Below are positions 29,560-39,885 of a stretch of DNA of 64,000 nucleotides, one piece after another. Numbering within the stretch: the stretch's first letter is position 1; each line of letters starts with the position of its first letter. The notes beneath the pieces were generated by a model. The model did no database searches. It was given only the letters and a program-made list of their open reading frames with translations, and was not told where the DNA came from. The stretch comes from Gemmatimonadales bacterium (lineage in GTDB: Bacteria > Gemmatimonadota > Gemmatimonadetes > Gemmatimonadales > GWC2-71-9), in NCBI GenBank assembly GCA_039934355.1, contig JBDTMI010000014.1, forward strand, positions 9,141-73,140. The letters run 5' to 3'. A program made the translations under genes and the position numbers.

Positions 29560-30110
29560 AGACCCAGCACGCCCTTCTTGAACCCCTCACCCGGGCCGGG
29601 CTTCGGCCCGATCCAGCAACGCAGCAGCGCGTCGGCGAAGTCCTTGCCCTGGATGGTGCCTCGATCGGTGCCTGCGATGTCGATCGTCGTCCCCGAGCCC
29701 GGGACGTAGCTGAGCGTCATCCGCTCACCGTTCTTGATATCCAGCATCATCCCGCAGAGCTCAGTGAACTGCTGTTTCAGCTCGGCCGATGCCCCGGGCG
29801 TGTTGTCCTTGAGCCCGTCGTTCCAGGCCCCGCAGATCTTGCCCTTGGTGCCGTGACCCGAGATGAAGTGCATGAGCATCTGCCGCGGCGCGTCGGCGGC
29901 GAGGATCTCATCGGCATTCCCGGACGGCGACGCGACGTACAGTCCCGCGACGTACACCTTGATCACGAATTTCTTGCGGAGTGCGGCGCCGTTGAGGCTC
30001 AGCGTGTGTCCACCGACTTCGATGGTCGCAGGCAGGGCGACTCCGTTGATGGTGCGGGCGGAATCGGCGACTGGAGCACCGGCGAGCAGGGTGGAGAGCA
30101 GGAGCAGCAT
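29556..30110 (-). CDS. periplasmic chalcone-isomerase-like protein
   Basis: LNGAALRKKFVIKVYVAGLY and FADALLRCWIG..P; signal peptide. Confidence 0.85.
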   Translation of the reverse strand: MLLLLSTLLAGAPVADSARTINGVALPATIEVGGHTLSLNGAALRKKFVIKVYVAGLYVASPSGNADEILAADAPRQMLMHFISGHGTKGKICGAWNDGLKDNTPGASAELKQQFTELCGMMLDIKNGERMTLSYVPGSGTTIDIAGTDRGTIQGKDFADALLRCWIGPKPGPGEGFKKGVLGL

Positions 30111-30778
30111 GGGTCGCCTCGGGTTGGGATGACATTGAAAGTGTCGTTCTGTGACCGCGCACGCAACCGGCGCTCCGACGGACCGATCAGGGCAACCATG
30201 CCTGGCAACAGCCTGATACTGGCCCCCGCCGGGATCTGGACCAGCAGATCGCGTCCGGTCGGAGTCAGCGCTGGGTAGTTGCGGCCGACATCAGCGAGCA
30301 TGGTCGCGAGAAACGCCTCCGGGACGGGGATACCCGAAACAGTGGCTCCGCGCAGCCGGAAGCGGGCGACCTCGGGACCGGCAGTGAGGAGTTCGATCTG
30401 CGCCTCGAGTTGCGTTTCCGGGGGGAGAATCATGACGAGTCCGGCGAGGGCCCGTCGCGCGTCGGGCGGCAGATCTGCGATCCGGCCTCCGATCCGCAGC
30501 AGCGTTGAATCCACCGTCACCCGGAAGCCAAAATCCGGGGGGAGCGCACGTGCGCCGAGCCGGGCCATCAGGTATGCGGCAAAGTCGCCGCCGTCGACTC
30601 TCGCGTTCGGCAGTTGCCGATCGACAAAGACCGAATCCACCAGCGCGGATGCCCGGAACACTCCGGCGGGAGTGATCTCGCGGGCACTGGTGTCCGATTG
30701 TCCCGCCAGCGGGATCGGGAGACCCCACAGCAGGCACAGGCAGGCCAGCAGGAGCATGCCGGCTTTCGCCCAGCGCAC
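29999..30778 (-). CDS. hypothetical secreted protein (possibly LmeA/DUF2993-like)
   Basis: Signal peptide and alternating beta pattern. GTG 30778 is preceded by CAATAT. The 3' end overlaps the next gene by 112 nt, so the end is uncertain. Confidence 0.55.
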   Translation of the reverse strand: MRWAKAGMLLLACLCLLWGLPIPLAGQSDTSAREITPAGVFRASALVDSVFVDRQLPNARVDGGDFAAYLMARLGARALPPDFGFRVTVDSTLLRIGGRIADLPPDARRALAGLVMILPPETQLEAQIELLTAGPEVARFRLRGATVSGIPVPEAFLATMLADVGRNYPALTPTGRDLLVQIPAGASIRLLPGMVALIGPSERRLRARSQNDTFNVIPTRGDPCCSCSPPCSPVLQSPIPPAPSTESPCLRPSKSVDTR

Positions 30779-30842
30779 ACGGCCCCATATTGGTGCCATC
30801 CCACCCACCGCAGCTGCGACGTCCCGTTCCGCCGGAGGGGTC

Positions 30843-31046
30843 ATGGAATGGTCGATCATCGGACTGAATATCCTGTATGCCGTCATCGGTGTCGTGCTCA
30901 TGTATGTCGCGTACCGGGTGATCGACTGGCTGACTCCTGAGGTCAATTTCGCCGAGGAGTTGCGACGGGGAAATGTTGCGGTGGGCATTTTTGTCGCGGC
31001 CATCTTTCTGTCGATCGCCATCATCATTGCCGGAGCTCTGAATTGA
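30843..31046 (+). CDS. DUF350 membrane protein
   Basis: GGAGG RBS; two TM helices with DWLTP...EELRRGNVAVG. Confidence 0.85.
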   Translation: MEWSIIGLNILYAVIGVVLMYVAYRVIDWLTPEVNFAEELRRGNVAVGIFVAAIFLSIAIIIAGALN

Positions 31047-31735
31047 GCTCGAGCGCAGCGAGGGGGTTCCCCAGGTCGTCGTCGCTCCCCGCCCGCCTGC
31101 TGGGCGGAGCCCGGCCTCACCTGTACGCGGTGCTGCACTCCCTGCTTCTCCTGACCGTGGCATCACCCCTCTGGTCACAGGCGAATACCAGTCGCTTCGA
31201 CGACACCTTTCAGAAGTACAGCAAGCGGTATTTTGGCGTCGGGTATGACTGGCGCACGTTCAAGGCCCAGGCGATCACCGAGAGCAACCTCGACCCGAAC
31301 GCCAGGAGCTGGGTGGGTGCCCGCGGCATCATGCAGCTGATGCCCTCCACCTTCGCGGAAATTCAGACCAAGAACAGCGCCTTCCAATCGGTAGATGATC
31401 AGGAATGGAATATCGCCGCGGGGATTTACTACGACCGGAGGCTCTGGCGCCTCTGGCGCGACTCCGTCGACCAGACCGACCACGATCGCTTCATGTTTGC
31501 AAGTTACAACGCGGGGCGGGTGCCGCTGCTCCGGGCGCAGACCCTTGCCCGTTTACGGGCGCTGGATCCACGCCTGTGGGGCAGCGTTGCGGCGGTGGCG
31601 TCGGAGGTGCCACGATGGCGGCATGCGGAGACGTTGACCTACGTGCAGCGTATCGGCGCAAATCTGCAGCGGATGGATCCGCGCGGTCGGGTACTGCCGA
31701 GCCCACCCGCCGATTCTGCTACAATAATCCGCTGA
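31043..31735 (+). CDS. lytic transglycosylase (SLT, MltF-like catalytic domain)
   Basis: QAITES, GARGIMQLMP, ASYNAG, ETLTYV. Start position uncertain. Confidence 0.85.
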   Translation: MSSSAARGFPRSSSLPARLLGGARPHLYAVLHSLLLLTVASPLWSQANTSRFDDTFQKYSKRYFGVGYDWRTFKAQAITESNLDPNARSWVGARGIMQLMPSTFAEIQTKNSAFQSVDDQEWNIAAGIYYDRRLWRLWRDSVDQTDHDRFMFASYNAGRVPLLRAQTLARLRALDPRLWGSVAAVASEVPRWRHAETLTYVQRIGANLQRMDPRGRVLPSPPADSATIIR

Positions 31736-32291
31736 GTGGAGTCGCGTAGCTGGCGCTCCTCACTTCCGGCTCGCCGTACCGCCCCTCGTGCGCGTGCTGC
31801 CGGGACCACTCCTCGCGCACACAGAACGAATCCAGTCCGTGGGGCCGGTCGACCGAAAGGACCCCATCGAGGTGATCGATTTCGTGCTGGAGCAGCTCCG
31901 CCCGGTCGCCTTCCAGTTCAACCGTGTGTGACTCCCCCTTCTGGTCCTCATAGCGCACCTTGATCCGGTACGCTCGCGAGACCCGCACCAGCAGGGTGGG
32001 CGAGGAAAAACAGTCGTCCCAGACCGTGAAGTCTTCGTTCCCGACGTCCACGATTTCGGGATTGATTAGAGCCCAGGGCTTGTCCATTTCCACGTAGACA
32101 ATGCGGACCGGCGCCCCAATTTGGGGCGCCGCGATCGCCCGGCCGTAGCCGAAGCGGGACTGGAAGTCACGCAGGGTCTCCCGCAAATCGTCGATGATAA
32201 CCCGGACGGCGGTCGACCCTGGCTTCGATATCGGTTCACATTGGGCGCGCAGTACCGGGTCGCCCAGCATGCGGATCCGATGAATGGTCAC
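31719..32291 (-). CDS. def: peptide deformylase (divergent motifs)
   Basis: GDPVLR, AAPQIG, LINPEI, DDCFS, QHEIDHLDG. GTG 32291 has a GAGGAG RBS. Confidence 0.85.
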   Translation of the reverse strand: MTIHRIRMLGDPVLRAQCEPISKPGSTAVRVIIDDLRETLRDFQSRFGYGRAIAAPQIGAPVRIVYVEMDKPWALINPEIVDVGNEDFTVWDDCFSSPTLLVRVSRAYRIKVRYEDQKGESHTVELEGDRAELLQHEIDHLDGVLSVDRPHGLDSFCVREEWSRQHAHEGRYGEPEVRSASYATPLSGLL

Positions 32292-32523
32292 GGCGGTGGC
32301 TCCTCGAGAAATTCCCCTCCCAATCTTGCGTCGGATCCTCTGACCCACAATAGCCCCTCCTGAGCCAGCCCCCGTCAGTCGATCTTCGGTCGATTTTCCG
32401 GGTCAGATTTAGGAGTTGCTTATACAACTATTATATGTACTGCCCAGAGTGCTGCAACGACCGTAGGCCATCGTATGCCGCTGTCGAACCCGCAATCTGC
32501 TCATGAATATTGAGTTAACCATT

Positions 32524-32575
32524 AATACCAAGAGTTTGGTGTTTAGTTGACAAATCCCGATAAGGGAGGTAGGAT
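32524..32575 (+). promoter_or_regulatory. sigma70-type suf promoter with adjacent inverted repeat
   Basis: TTGACA (32547-32552), 17-nt spacer, TAGGAT (32570-32575). AATACCAA-gagt-TTGGTGTT at 32524-32543. Confidence 0.75.
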
Positions 32576-32585
32576 CTGCCCCTCT

Positions 32586-33304
32586 ATGAGTGCACCGGTG
32601 ATCGCTCCCATCGACGAACAGCTGCTTCCCTCCGCCTACAAAGGAACAAGGGGCGCCGTGCTTGTCGCGCTCAAGCGGGCAGGGGCGCTCAGCAGCCGGT
32701 GCCTCGGGGAGCAGCTCGGGCTCTCCGCCAACGCCGTCCGACACCACCTTCGGGAGCTGGAATCCGAAGGATTGATCGGGTATCGCCGAGAGCGCCGCGG
32801 GGTGGGTGCACCGACATTTGCCTGGCACCTCGAGGCCTCCGGTGAGGCGCTGTTCCCCCAGCGATACAAGGAAGTGCTCACCGAGGTGTTGGATTGCGTG
32901 GCGGCGCTCGCCGGCCGACAGGCGGTGGTCGACGCCATCGAGTCCCGGTTTGTGGAGCTCGCGCGGGGGCTGCGGGCCGAATTGGCGGGCGCTCCGCCGT
33001 CGCGCCGCCGCGAGGTGGTACTCCGCGCACTGGCGGCGGGCGGCTTCATGGCCGAGTGGCAGCCGGAGCTGCAGGGATTCCGGCTGACCGAGCACCATTG
33101 CGCCATCCGCGCGGTGGCGGAGCGCTTCCCGGAAATCTGCGCGGCGGAAGCCCGCTTCCTCCAGGAGGTGCTGGGAGCGGAAGTGGAACGGGAAACCCAC
33201 ATGCTCGACGGGTGTATTGCCTGCGAGTACAAGGTTCACTTTCCCGACGGCGACGAATCGCACGAACGGACCCATCGGGACGCGGCGGTCCCTGAGGAGA
33301 ACCC

Positions 33305-33308
<4 letters not shown>
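32586..33308 (+). CDS. sufR: SufR-like HTH transcriptional regulator
   Basis: Winged HTH ([21 protein letters not shown]), C-terminal HCAI..ICAAE..C motif, and position at the head of the suf operon. Confidence 0.8.
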
Positions 33309-34744
<1,436 letters not shown>

Positions 34745-34758
34745 GGCAGGGCGGCATT

Positions 34759-34783
34759 GTAGGGGCGGCCGTGGTGGTCGTCC
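34759..34783 (+). repeat. REP-like GTAG hairpin between sufB and sufC
   Basis: GTAGGGGCGGCC-gtggt-GGTCGTCC shares GTAGGGGCGG with the element at 23046. Confidence 0.5.
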
Positions 34784-34804
34784 GTTCCCAGAGGAGAATC
34801 GCAC

Positions 34805-35560
34805 GTGCTCGAGATCAAGGACCTCCACGCGAAGGCGGGAGAGAAGCAGATCCTGAACGGGATCACCCTCAGCGTGAAGCCTGGTGAGGTTCATGCCATC
34901 ATGGGCCCCAACGGTTCCGGCAAGAGCACCCTCGCCCAGGTGCTGGCGGGCCATCCGGCCTACGCCGTCACCGGCGGGTCTGCCACGTACATGGGCAAGG
35001 ACCTGCTGGACATGGAACCGGAGGAACGGGCGCGGGCCGGTCTCTTCCTTGCGTTTCAGTATCCGGTGGAGATTCCGGGCGTCTCGAACGCCTACTTTCT
35101 CCGTGCCGCCTACAACGAGATCCGGAAGGCGCGGGGCGAAGAGGAAATCGATCCCATCGACTTTCTCGACCTGGTCGAGGAAAAGCTGAAGCTGGTCGAG
35201 TGGGGACCGGAAATCCTGTCGCGCGCCGTCAACTTCGGATTTTCCGGTGGCGAGAAGAAGCGCAATGAGATCCTGCAGATGGCGGTGCTTGCGCCACGGC
35301 TGGCGATTCTTGACGAAACCGACTCGGGTCTCGATATCGATGCCCTGCGCATCGTGGCGGGGGGCGTCAACAAGCTGCGCCGTCCGGACAACGCCACGAT
35401 CGTAGTGACGCACTATCAGCGTCTGCTCAACTACATCGTGCCGGACGTGGTGCACGTCCTGGCCAACGGGCGGATCGTCCGATCCGGGGGAAAAGAGCTC
35501 GCCCTCGAACTCGAGGCAAAGGGCTATGAGTGGCTGACAGAGGCGACGGTGGGCGCGTGA
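34805..35560 (+). CDS. sufC: Fe-S cluster assembly ATPase SufC
   Basis: [37 protein letters not shown]. Confidence 0.97.
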   Translation: MLEIKDLHAKAGEKQILNGITLSVKPGEVHAIMGPNGSGKSTLAQVLAGHPAYAVTGGSATYMGKDLLDMEPEERARAGLFLAFQYPVEIPGVSNAYFLRAAYNEIRKARGEEEIDPIDFLDLVEEKLKLVEWGPEILSRAVNFGFSGGEKKRNEILQMAVLAPRLAILDETDSGLDIDALRIVAGGVNKLRRPDNATIVVTHYQRLLNYIVPDVVHVLANGRIVRSGGKELALELEAKGYEWLTEATVGA

Positions 35561-36867
35561 GCACCGCGTACCTGCAGGATCACGAGACCCTCCAGCAGCA
35601 TGACGGCAGCACGGCGCCGTGGCTGCAGGGTCTCCGCGCCACGGCGCTCGAGCGCTTCCGTACCACCGGCTTCCCGACGACCCGGGACGAGGACTGGCGG
35701 TTCACCAATCTCCAGCCGATCACCAGTCGAGAATTCCCGCTCGCCGCCGGTGACTCGGTCGATCTCGCCGCAGGCGTTCTGGAGCCGTTTCTCTACGATA
35801 TCCCCGGTGCGAGCACGCTGGTATTCCTTAATGGACGGTTCCTGCCCGCCCGCTCGACGCTGGCCTCGTTGCCCGCCGGCGTCACGATCCGGAATCTCGC
35901 CACCGCGCTCGGCACCGAATCGGCCCGGCTCGATGGCGAGCTCGGCCGGTACGCCCGGATCGAGCAGAATGGCTTCACCGCGCTCAACACCGCACTGGCC
36001 GGCGACGGCCTGTACCTGCACGTCGCACGCGACGTCGAGGTTGCAGCACCGATCCACGTGGTGTTCGCCACCGACAGCCGCGGGCGCGACGCCGCGAGCT
36101 ATCCTCGCAACTTCATCCGCCTGGAGCGCGGCAGCCGGGCCGCAGTCATCGAGAGCTACATCGGGCTGGTCGACGATTCCTACCTCACCAATGCCGTCAC
36201 CGAAGCGGTGGTCGAGGAGGGCGCACAGTTCGAGCATACCCGGATACAGCGGGAGAGCGAGAAGGCTTTCCATATAGGCACCACGCACCTGCACCAGGGC
36301 AGGGACAGCCGGGTGCTGTCCTATGCGGTGACTCTGGGAGGTCTCGTCGCCCGCAACACGATCGACATGGTGCTGGATGGTCCAGGCAGCCACGGTCAGA
36401 TGCTCGGCTTTTACTACGGGCGCGGTCAGCAGGAGATCGGGAATCACACCTCGATCCTGCACTCGCACCCCAACTGCGACACCCGGGAGATCTACAAGGG
36501 AATCCTGGACGACAAATCCCATGGAATCTTCAACGGAAAAATCTACGTCACGCCCGACGCCCAGAAGACCGACGCCAAGCAGACCAATCGGGCGCTGCTG
36601 CTCTCCGATCAGGCACGGATCAACACCAAGCCGCAGCTCGAGATCTTTGCCGACGACGTGAAGTGCACCCACGGCGCCACCGTCGGGGCGCTCGATGACG
36701 TCGCGGCCTTCTACCTCAAGAGCCGGGGGATCGGACCGGTCCTGGGGCGGAAGATTCTGACCTACGCGTTCGCCGCCGAAGTCCTGGAAGAGCTGCCGTA
36801 CGCCGCCATCCGCGAATCTCTCGAAGCCGTGGTCATGGCCCGGCTCGCCGGACTTGCCTCGCGCTGA
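35557..36867 (+). CDS. sufD: Fe-S cluster assembly protein SufD
   Basis: [24 protein letters not shown]; GTGA overlap with sufC. Confidence 0.95.
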   Translation: MSTAYLQDHETLQQHDGSTAPWLQGLRATALERFRTTGFPTTRDEDWRFTNLQPITSREFPLAAGDSVDLAAGVLEPFLYDIPGASTLVFLNGRFLPARSTLASLPAGVTIRNLATALGTESARLDGELGRYARIEQNGFTALNTALAGDGLYLHVARDVEVAAPIHVVFATDSRGRDAASYPRNFIRLERGSRAAVIESYIGLVDDSYLTNAVTEAVVEEGAQFEHTRIQRESEKAFHIGTTHLHQGRDSRVLSYAVTLGGLVARNTIDMVLDGPGSHGQMLGFYYGRGQQEIGNHTSILHSHPNCDTREIYKGILDDKSHGIFNGKIYVTPDAQKTDAKQTNRALLLSDQARINTKPQLEIFADDVKCTHGATVGALDDVAAFYLKSRGIGPVLGRKILTYAFAAEVLEELPYAAIRESLEAVVMARLAGLASR

Positions 36868-36874
36868 TCCCGCC

Positions 36875-38140
36875 ATGACCACCTCGCTCACCGATCACGC
36901 CCCGGCCCGGACCCAGCCTCCGGTATTCGACGTGGCGCGGGCGCGACGGGACTTCCCGGTCCTGCAGGAACGAATCAACGGACGAGCGCTGGCCTATCTC
37001 GACAACGGGGCCAGCAGCCAGCGACCCCGCGCCGTGGTGGAGGCGGAGGCCGACTATGCGCTGCGCGAGCATGCCAACGTGCACCGCGGTGTGCACACCC
37101 TCAGCCAGCGGGCGACGACGCGGTACGACGCGGTGCGTGAATCCCTGCGCGCGTTCCTGAATGCGCCGGTGGCGGACGAGGTGATCTTCACCGCTGGAAC
37201 GACCGCGGGTCTCAATCTCGTCGCGTCCAGCTATGGACGAAGCACGCTCCAGCCGGGCGACGAGATTCTCCTCACCGAGATGGAGCATCACTCCAACATC
37301 GTGCCCTGGCAACTCACCGCCCAGGCCACGGGCGCGGTCATCCGGGTCATCCCCGTCACCGAAGCCGGCATCCTTGACCTCGGCGCGCTGGATCACCTGC
37401 TCAACACCCGGACCCGCATCGTCGCGCTGACGCACGTCTCCAACGTGCTCGGCACGGTCAATCCAGTGCGACGAATTGCGGATCGGGCCCATGCCGCGGG
37501 TGCGGCAGTTGTGGTCGATGGTGCACAGGCGACCGCGCATCTTCGGATCGACGTCCAGGCGCTCGGCTGCGATTTCTACGTCGCCTCAGCGCACAAGATG
37601 TATGGTCCCACCGGCGTCGGTTTCGTCTGGGGTCGTCAGGCTCTCCTCGACGCGATGCCGCCCTGGCAGGGTGGCGGAGGAATGATTCAGTCGGTCACGT
37701 TTGAGGAGACCACCTACGCGCCCGTCCCAGACCGTTTTGAGGCCGGCACGCCCCCGATCGCCCAGGTGATGGGGTTCGGTGCGGCGCTGGAGTATCTCAC
37801 GGGACTGGATCGCGCGCTGGTTGACGCGCACGAGGCGGATCTGCTGCTCTACGCCACGGAGCAACTCTTACGGTTGCCGGGGGTGCGCGTGTTTGGCGCG
37901 ACCGCCGAGCGGGTGAGTGTGGTGTCGTTCGTGCTCGACGGCATTCATCCCCATGACCTCGGGACGGTGCTCGACCTGCATGGCGTCGCCGTGAGGGCCA
38001 GCCACCACTGCGCCCAGCCACTCATGCGGCGCCTGGGTGTCCCGGGGACGGTCCGGGCGTCGTTCGCCCTCTACAACACCCGCGCTGAGGTCGATGCGTT
38101 GGTCGAGGGGCTGGTCGAGGCCCGAAAGGTGTTCAGCTGA
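36875..38140 (+). CDS. sufS: cysteine desulfurase SufS
   Basis: YLDNGA, EHHSN, SAHKMYGP, RASHHCA (group II catalytic Cys). Confidence 0.95.
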   Translation: MTTSLTDHAPARTQPPVFDVARARRDFPVLQERINGRALAYLDNGASSQRPRAVVEAEADYALREHANVHRGVHTLSQRATTRYDAVRESLRAFLNAPVADEVIFTAGTTAGLNLVASSYGRSTLQPGDEILLTEMEHHSNIVPWQLTAQATGAVIRVIPVTEAGILDLGALDHLLNTRTRIVALTHVSNVLGTVNPVRRIADRAHAAGAAVVVDGAQATAHLRIDVQALGCDFYVASAHKMYGPTGVGFVWGRQALLDAMPPWQGGGGMIQSVTFEETTYAPVPDRFEAGTPPIAQVMGFGAALEYLTGLDRALVDAHEADLLLYATEQLLRLPGVRVFGATAERVSVVSFVLDGIHPHDLGTVLDLHGVAVRASHHCAQPLMRRLGVPGTVRASFALYNTRAEVDALVEGLVEARKVFS

Positions 38141-38586
38141 TGTCCGAGGCGAATGAGCTCTACCAGAGTCTGATCCTCGATCACAACCGGTCGCCCCGGA
38201 ATTTTCGCGTCCTGGAACATGCCAATCGCTGCGCCGAGGGATACAACCCGCTCTGCGGCGACCAGTTCACATTCTGGCTCAAGCTGGATGGTGATCGGAT
38301 CACCGACGTCTCCTTCCAGGGTTCCGGGTGCGCCATCTCAAAGGCGTCGGCCTCGCTCATGACGACGGCGGTCAAGGGCAAGACGGTGGAGGAGGTCGAG
38401 CGGATGTTTGGCAGTTTTCACCGGATGGTAACGGGGCAGGGTGGGCCGGATGCCGATCTTCCCCCGAAGCTGGCGGTATTTGCCGGCGTACGGGAGTTCC
38501 CCGCCCGAGTGAAGTGTGCGAGCCTTTCCTGGCACGCGCTCAAGAGTGCCATTGATGGTGAAGCGAAGGAACCAGTGTCAGCGTGA
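38140..38586 (+). CDS. sufU: SUF system NifU-family protein SufU
   Basis: NPLCGD, GCAIS, ARVKCA. Confidence 0.93.
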   Translation: MSEANELYQSLILDHNRSPRNFRVLEHANRCAEGYNPLCGDQFTFWLKLDGDRITDVSFQGSGCAISKASASLMTTAVKGKTVEEVERMFGSFHRMVTGQGGPDADLPPKLAVFAGVREFPARVKCASLSWHALKSAIDGEAKEPVSA

Positions 38587-38661
38587 GACGGGCGGGACAA
38601 TCCCGTCGCGCCGCCCGCGCAATCTGTGCTGGTACACGAATACTCATGGAGTTGCCCGACA

Positions 38662-39093
38662 ATGCCCTACGATCCCCGAATGGTTCAGCCGATGCGCGAG
38701 GAAATGGTCCGCATGGGCGTACGTGAGCTTCCGACCGTCCCCGACGTCGATGCGGCAATGAGCGATAGCCAGGGCACAACCCTCGTGTTCGTCAATTCCG
38801 TCTGCGGCTGCGCCGCGGGAACCGCGCGCCCCGGATTGTCGCTTGCGCTGAAGCACGGGACCCGACCGCGAAACATCGTGACCGTCTTCGCCGGGCAGGA
38901 TCTCGATGCCACCGCACGAGCCCGGCAATTTTTCAGCGACTACGCGCCGAGCAGCCCCTCGATGGCGCTGCTGCGCGACGGCGAGGTCGTGCACTTCGTT
39001 CACCGGCACATGATTGAGGGCCGTTCCCCGCAGCAGATCGCGGCGGATCTCACGGCAGCCTTCGATCAATATTGCACTCCCTCTACGGTATGA
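38662..39093 (+). CDS. BrxA/BrxB family bacilliredoxin
   Basis: NSVCGCAAG.ARP, TVFAGQD, PSSPS, RHMIEGR. Confidence 0.9.
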   Translation: MPYDPRMVQPMREEMVRMGVRELPTVPDVDAAMSDSQGTTLVFVNSVCGCAAGTARPGLSLALKHGTRPRNIVTVFAGQDLDATARARQFFSDYAPSSPSMALLRDGEVVHFVHRHMIEGRSPQQIAADLTAAFDQYCTPSTV

Positions 39094-39437
39094 GCGCCGC
39101 CCAGTCACACGACCACGACACCCCGGCGCACGAGACCGGTCCCCACGGCACCGGTCACGTCTTTCACCCCGGTCATTCGGAGCTTCACGGCATCACGGTT
39201 GTCGTGGAGCTCGGGACGGGTGAGCTCTACGTCGGGCGCTACCACGAGGAAACCCCGGCCGGATTGTTACTGCACGACGCCGCCCAGTTCACACCCGGCG
39301 CCTCCGCCACCACCTCCGCGGAGTTTGTGGCGCGAATGCTCAAATTCGGGGTGCGGACGGACCACCAACACGTCGTCGTGCCGGGGGCAGCGGTGCGTCG
39401 CGTGACCCGTCTGGTCGAGTGGAGCGGGGGACAGTAG
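39090..39437 (+). CDS. His-rich hypothetical protein, possible Sm-like fold
   Basis: ATGA overlap with the brx gene; 8 His in the first 33 aa; VVVELGTGELYVGR...LLLHDA...VVVPGAAVRRV. Confidence 0.75.
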   Translation: MSAAQSHDHDTPAHETGPHGTGHVFHPGHSELHGITVVVELGTGELYVGRYHEETPAGLLLHDAAQFTPGASATTSAEFVARMLKFGVRTDHQHVVVPGAAVRRVTRLVEWSGGQ

Positions 39438-39473
39438 GCGGTCAGGTCGCTCCCAGCCCCTTTCCGCCTGACC

Positions 39474-39689
39474 TCAGGGCCAGATCTGTTCCCCGTCGGA
39501 AGCGATGAGCGTGATTGCGTCGACGGGGCAGGCCCGGGCGGCATCCAGAATCCGCTTGTCCTTGGCTCCCTCAGGGTCGATCACCACACAGAAATCCTCA
39601 TCGTCCAGCTCGAACACCTCGGGCGCCATCGACACGCATTCCGCGTTGCTTGCGCACAGTTCTCGATTGACGCTGATCTTGTATGGCAT
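39474..39689 (-). CDS. small [3Fe-4S]-type ferredoxin
   Basis: CASNAEC...APEVF...ACPVDAI (CxxNxxC...CP). Confidence 0.88.
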   Translation of the reverse strand: MPYKISVNRELCASNAECVSMAPEVFELDDEDFCVVIDPEGAKDKRILDAARACPVDAITLIASDGEQIWP

Positions 39690-39885
39690 AGGCGCCTATA
39701 ATAGGGGTCTCCCGTTCGCACGCCAGAGTCTCCCGGAGACTGCTGCGGTCAGCCCTGCCCGCCTGGCGGGACTCCCCTCAGTACCGGGCGCACCTGGTCG
39801 GGACAGTTCGTTGTCGTCCGGGTCGAAACAGCACCCGCGCCCCCGGCGTACAGCCGCCCACGCCAAGCCACCCTCCGGAGCCTAG

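Noticed and set aside
32340-32585. AT-rich stretch as a horizontal-transfer scar or oriC
   Set aside because: Accounted for by the divergent def/sufR promoter region; no DnaA-box cluster or mobility genes seen.
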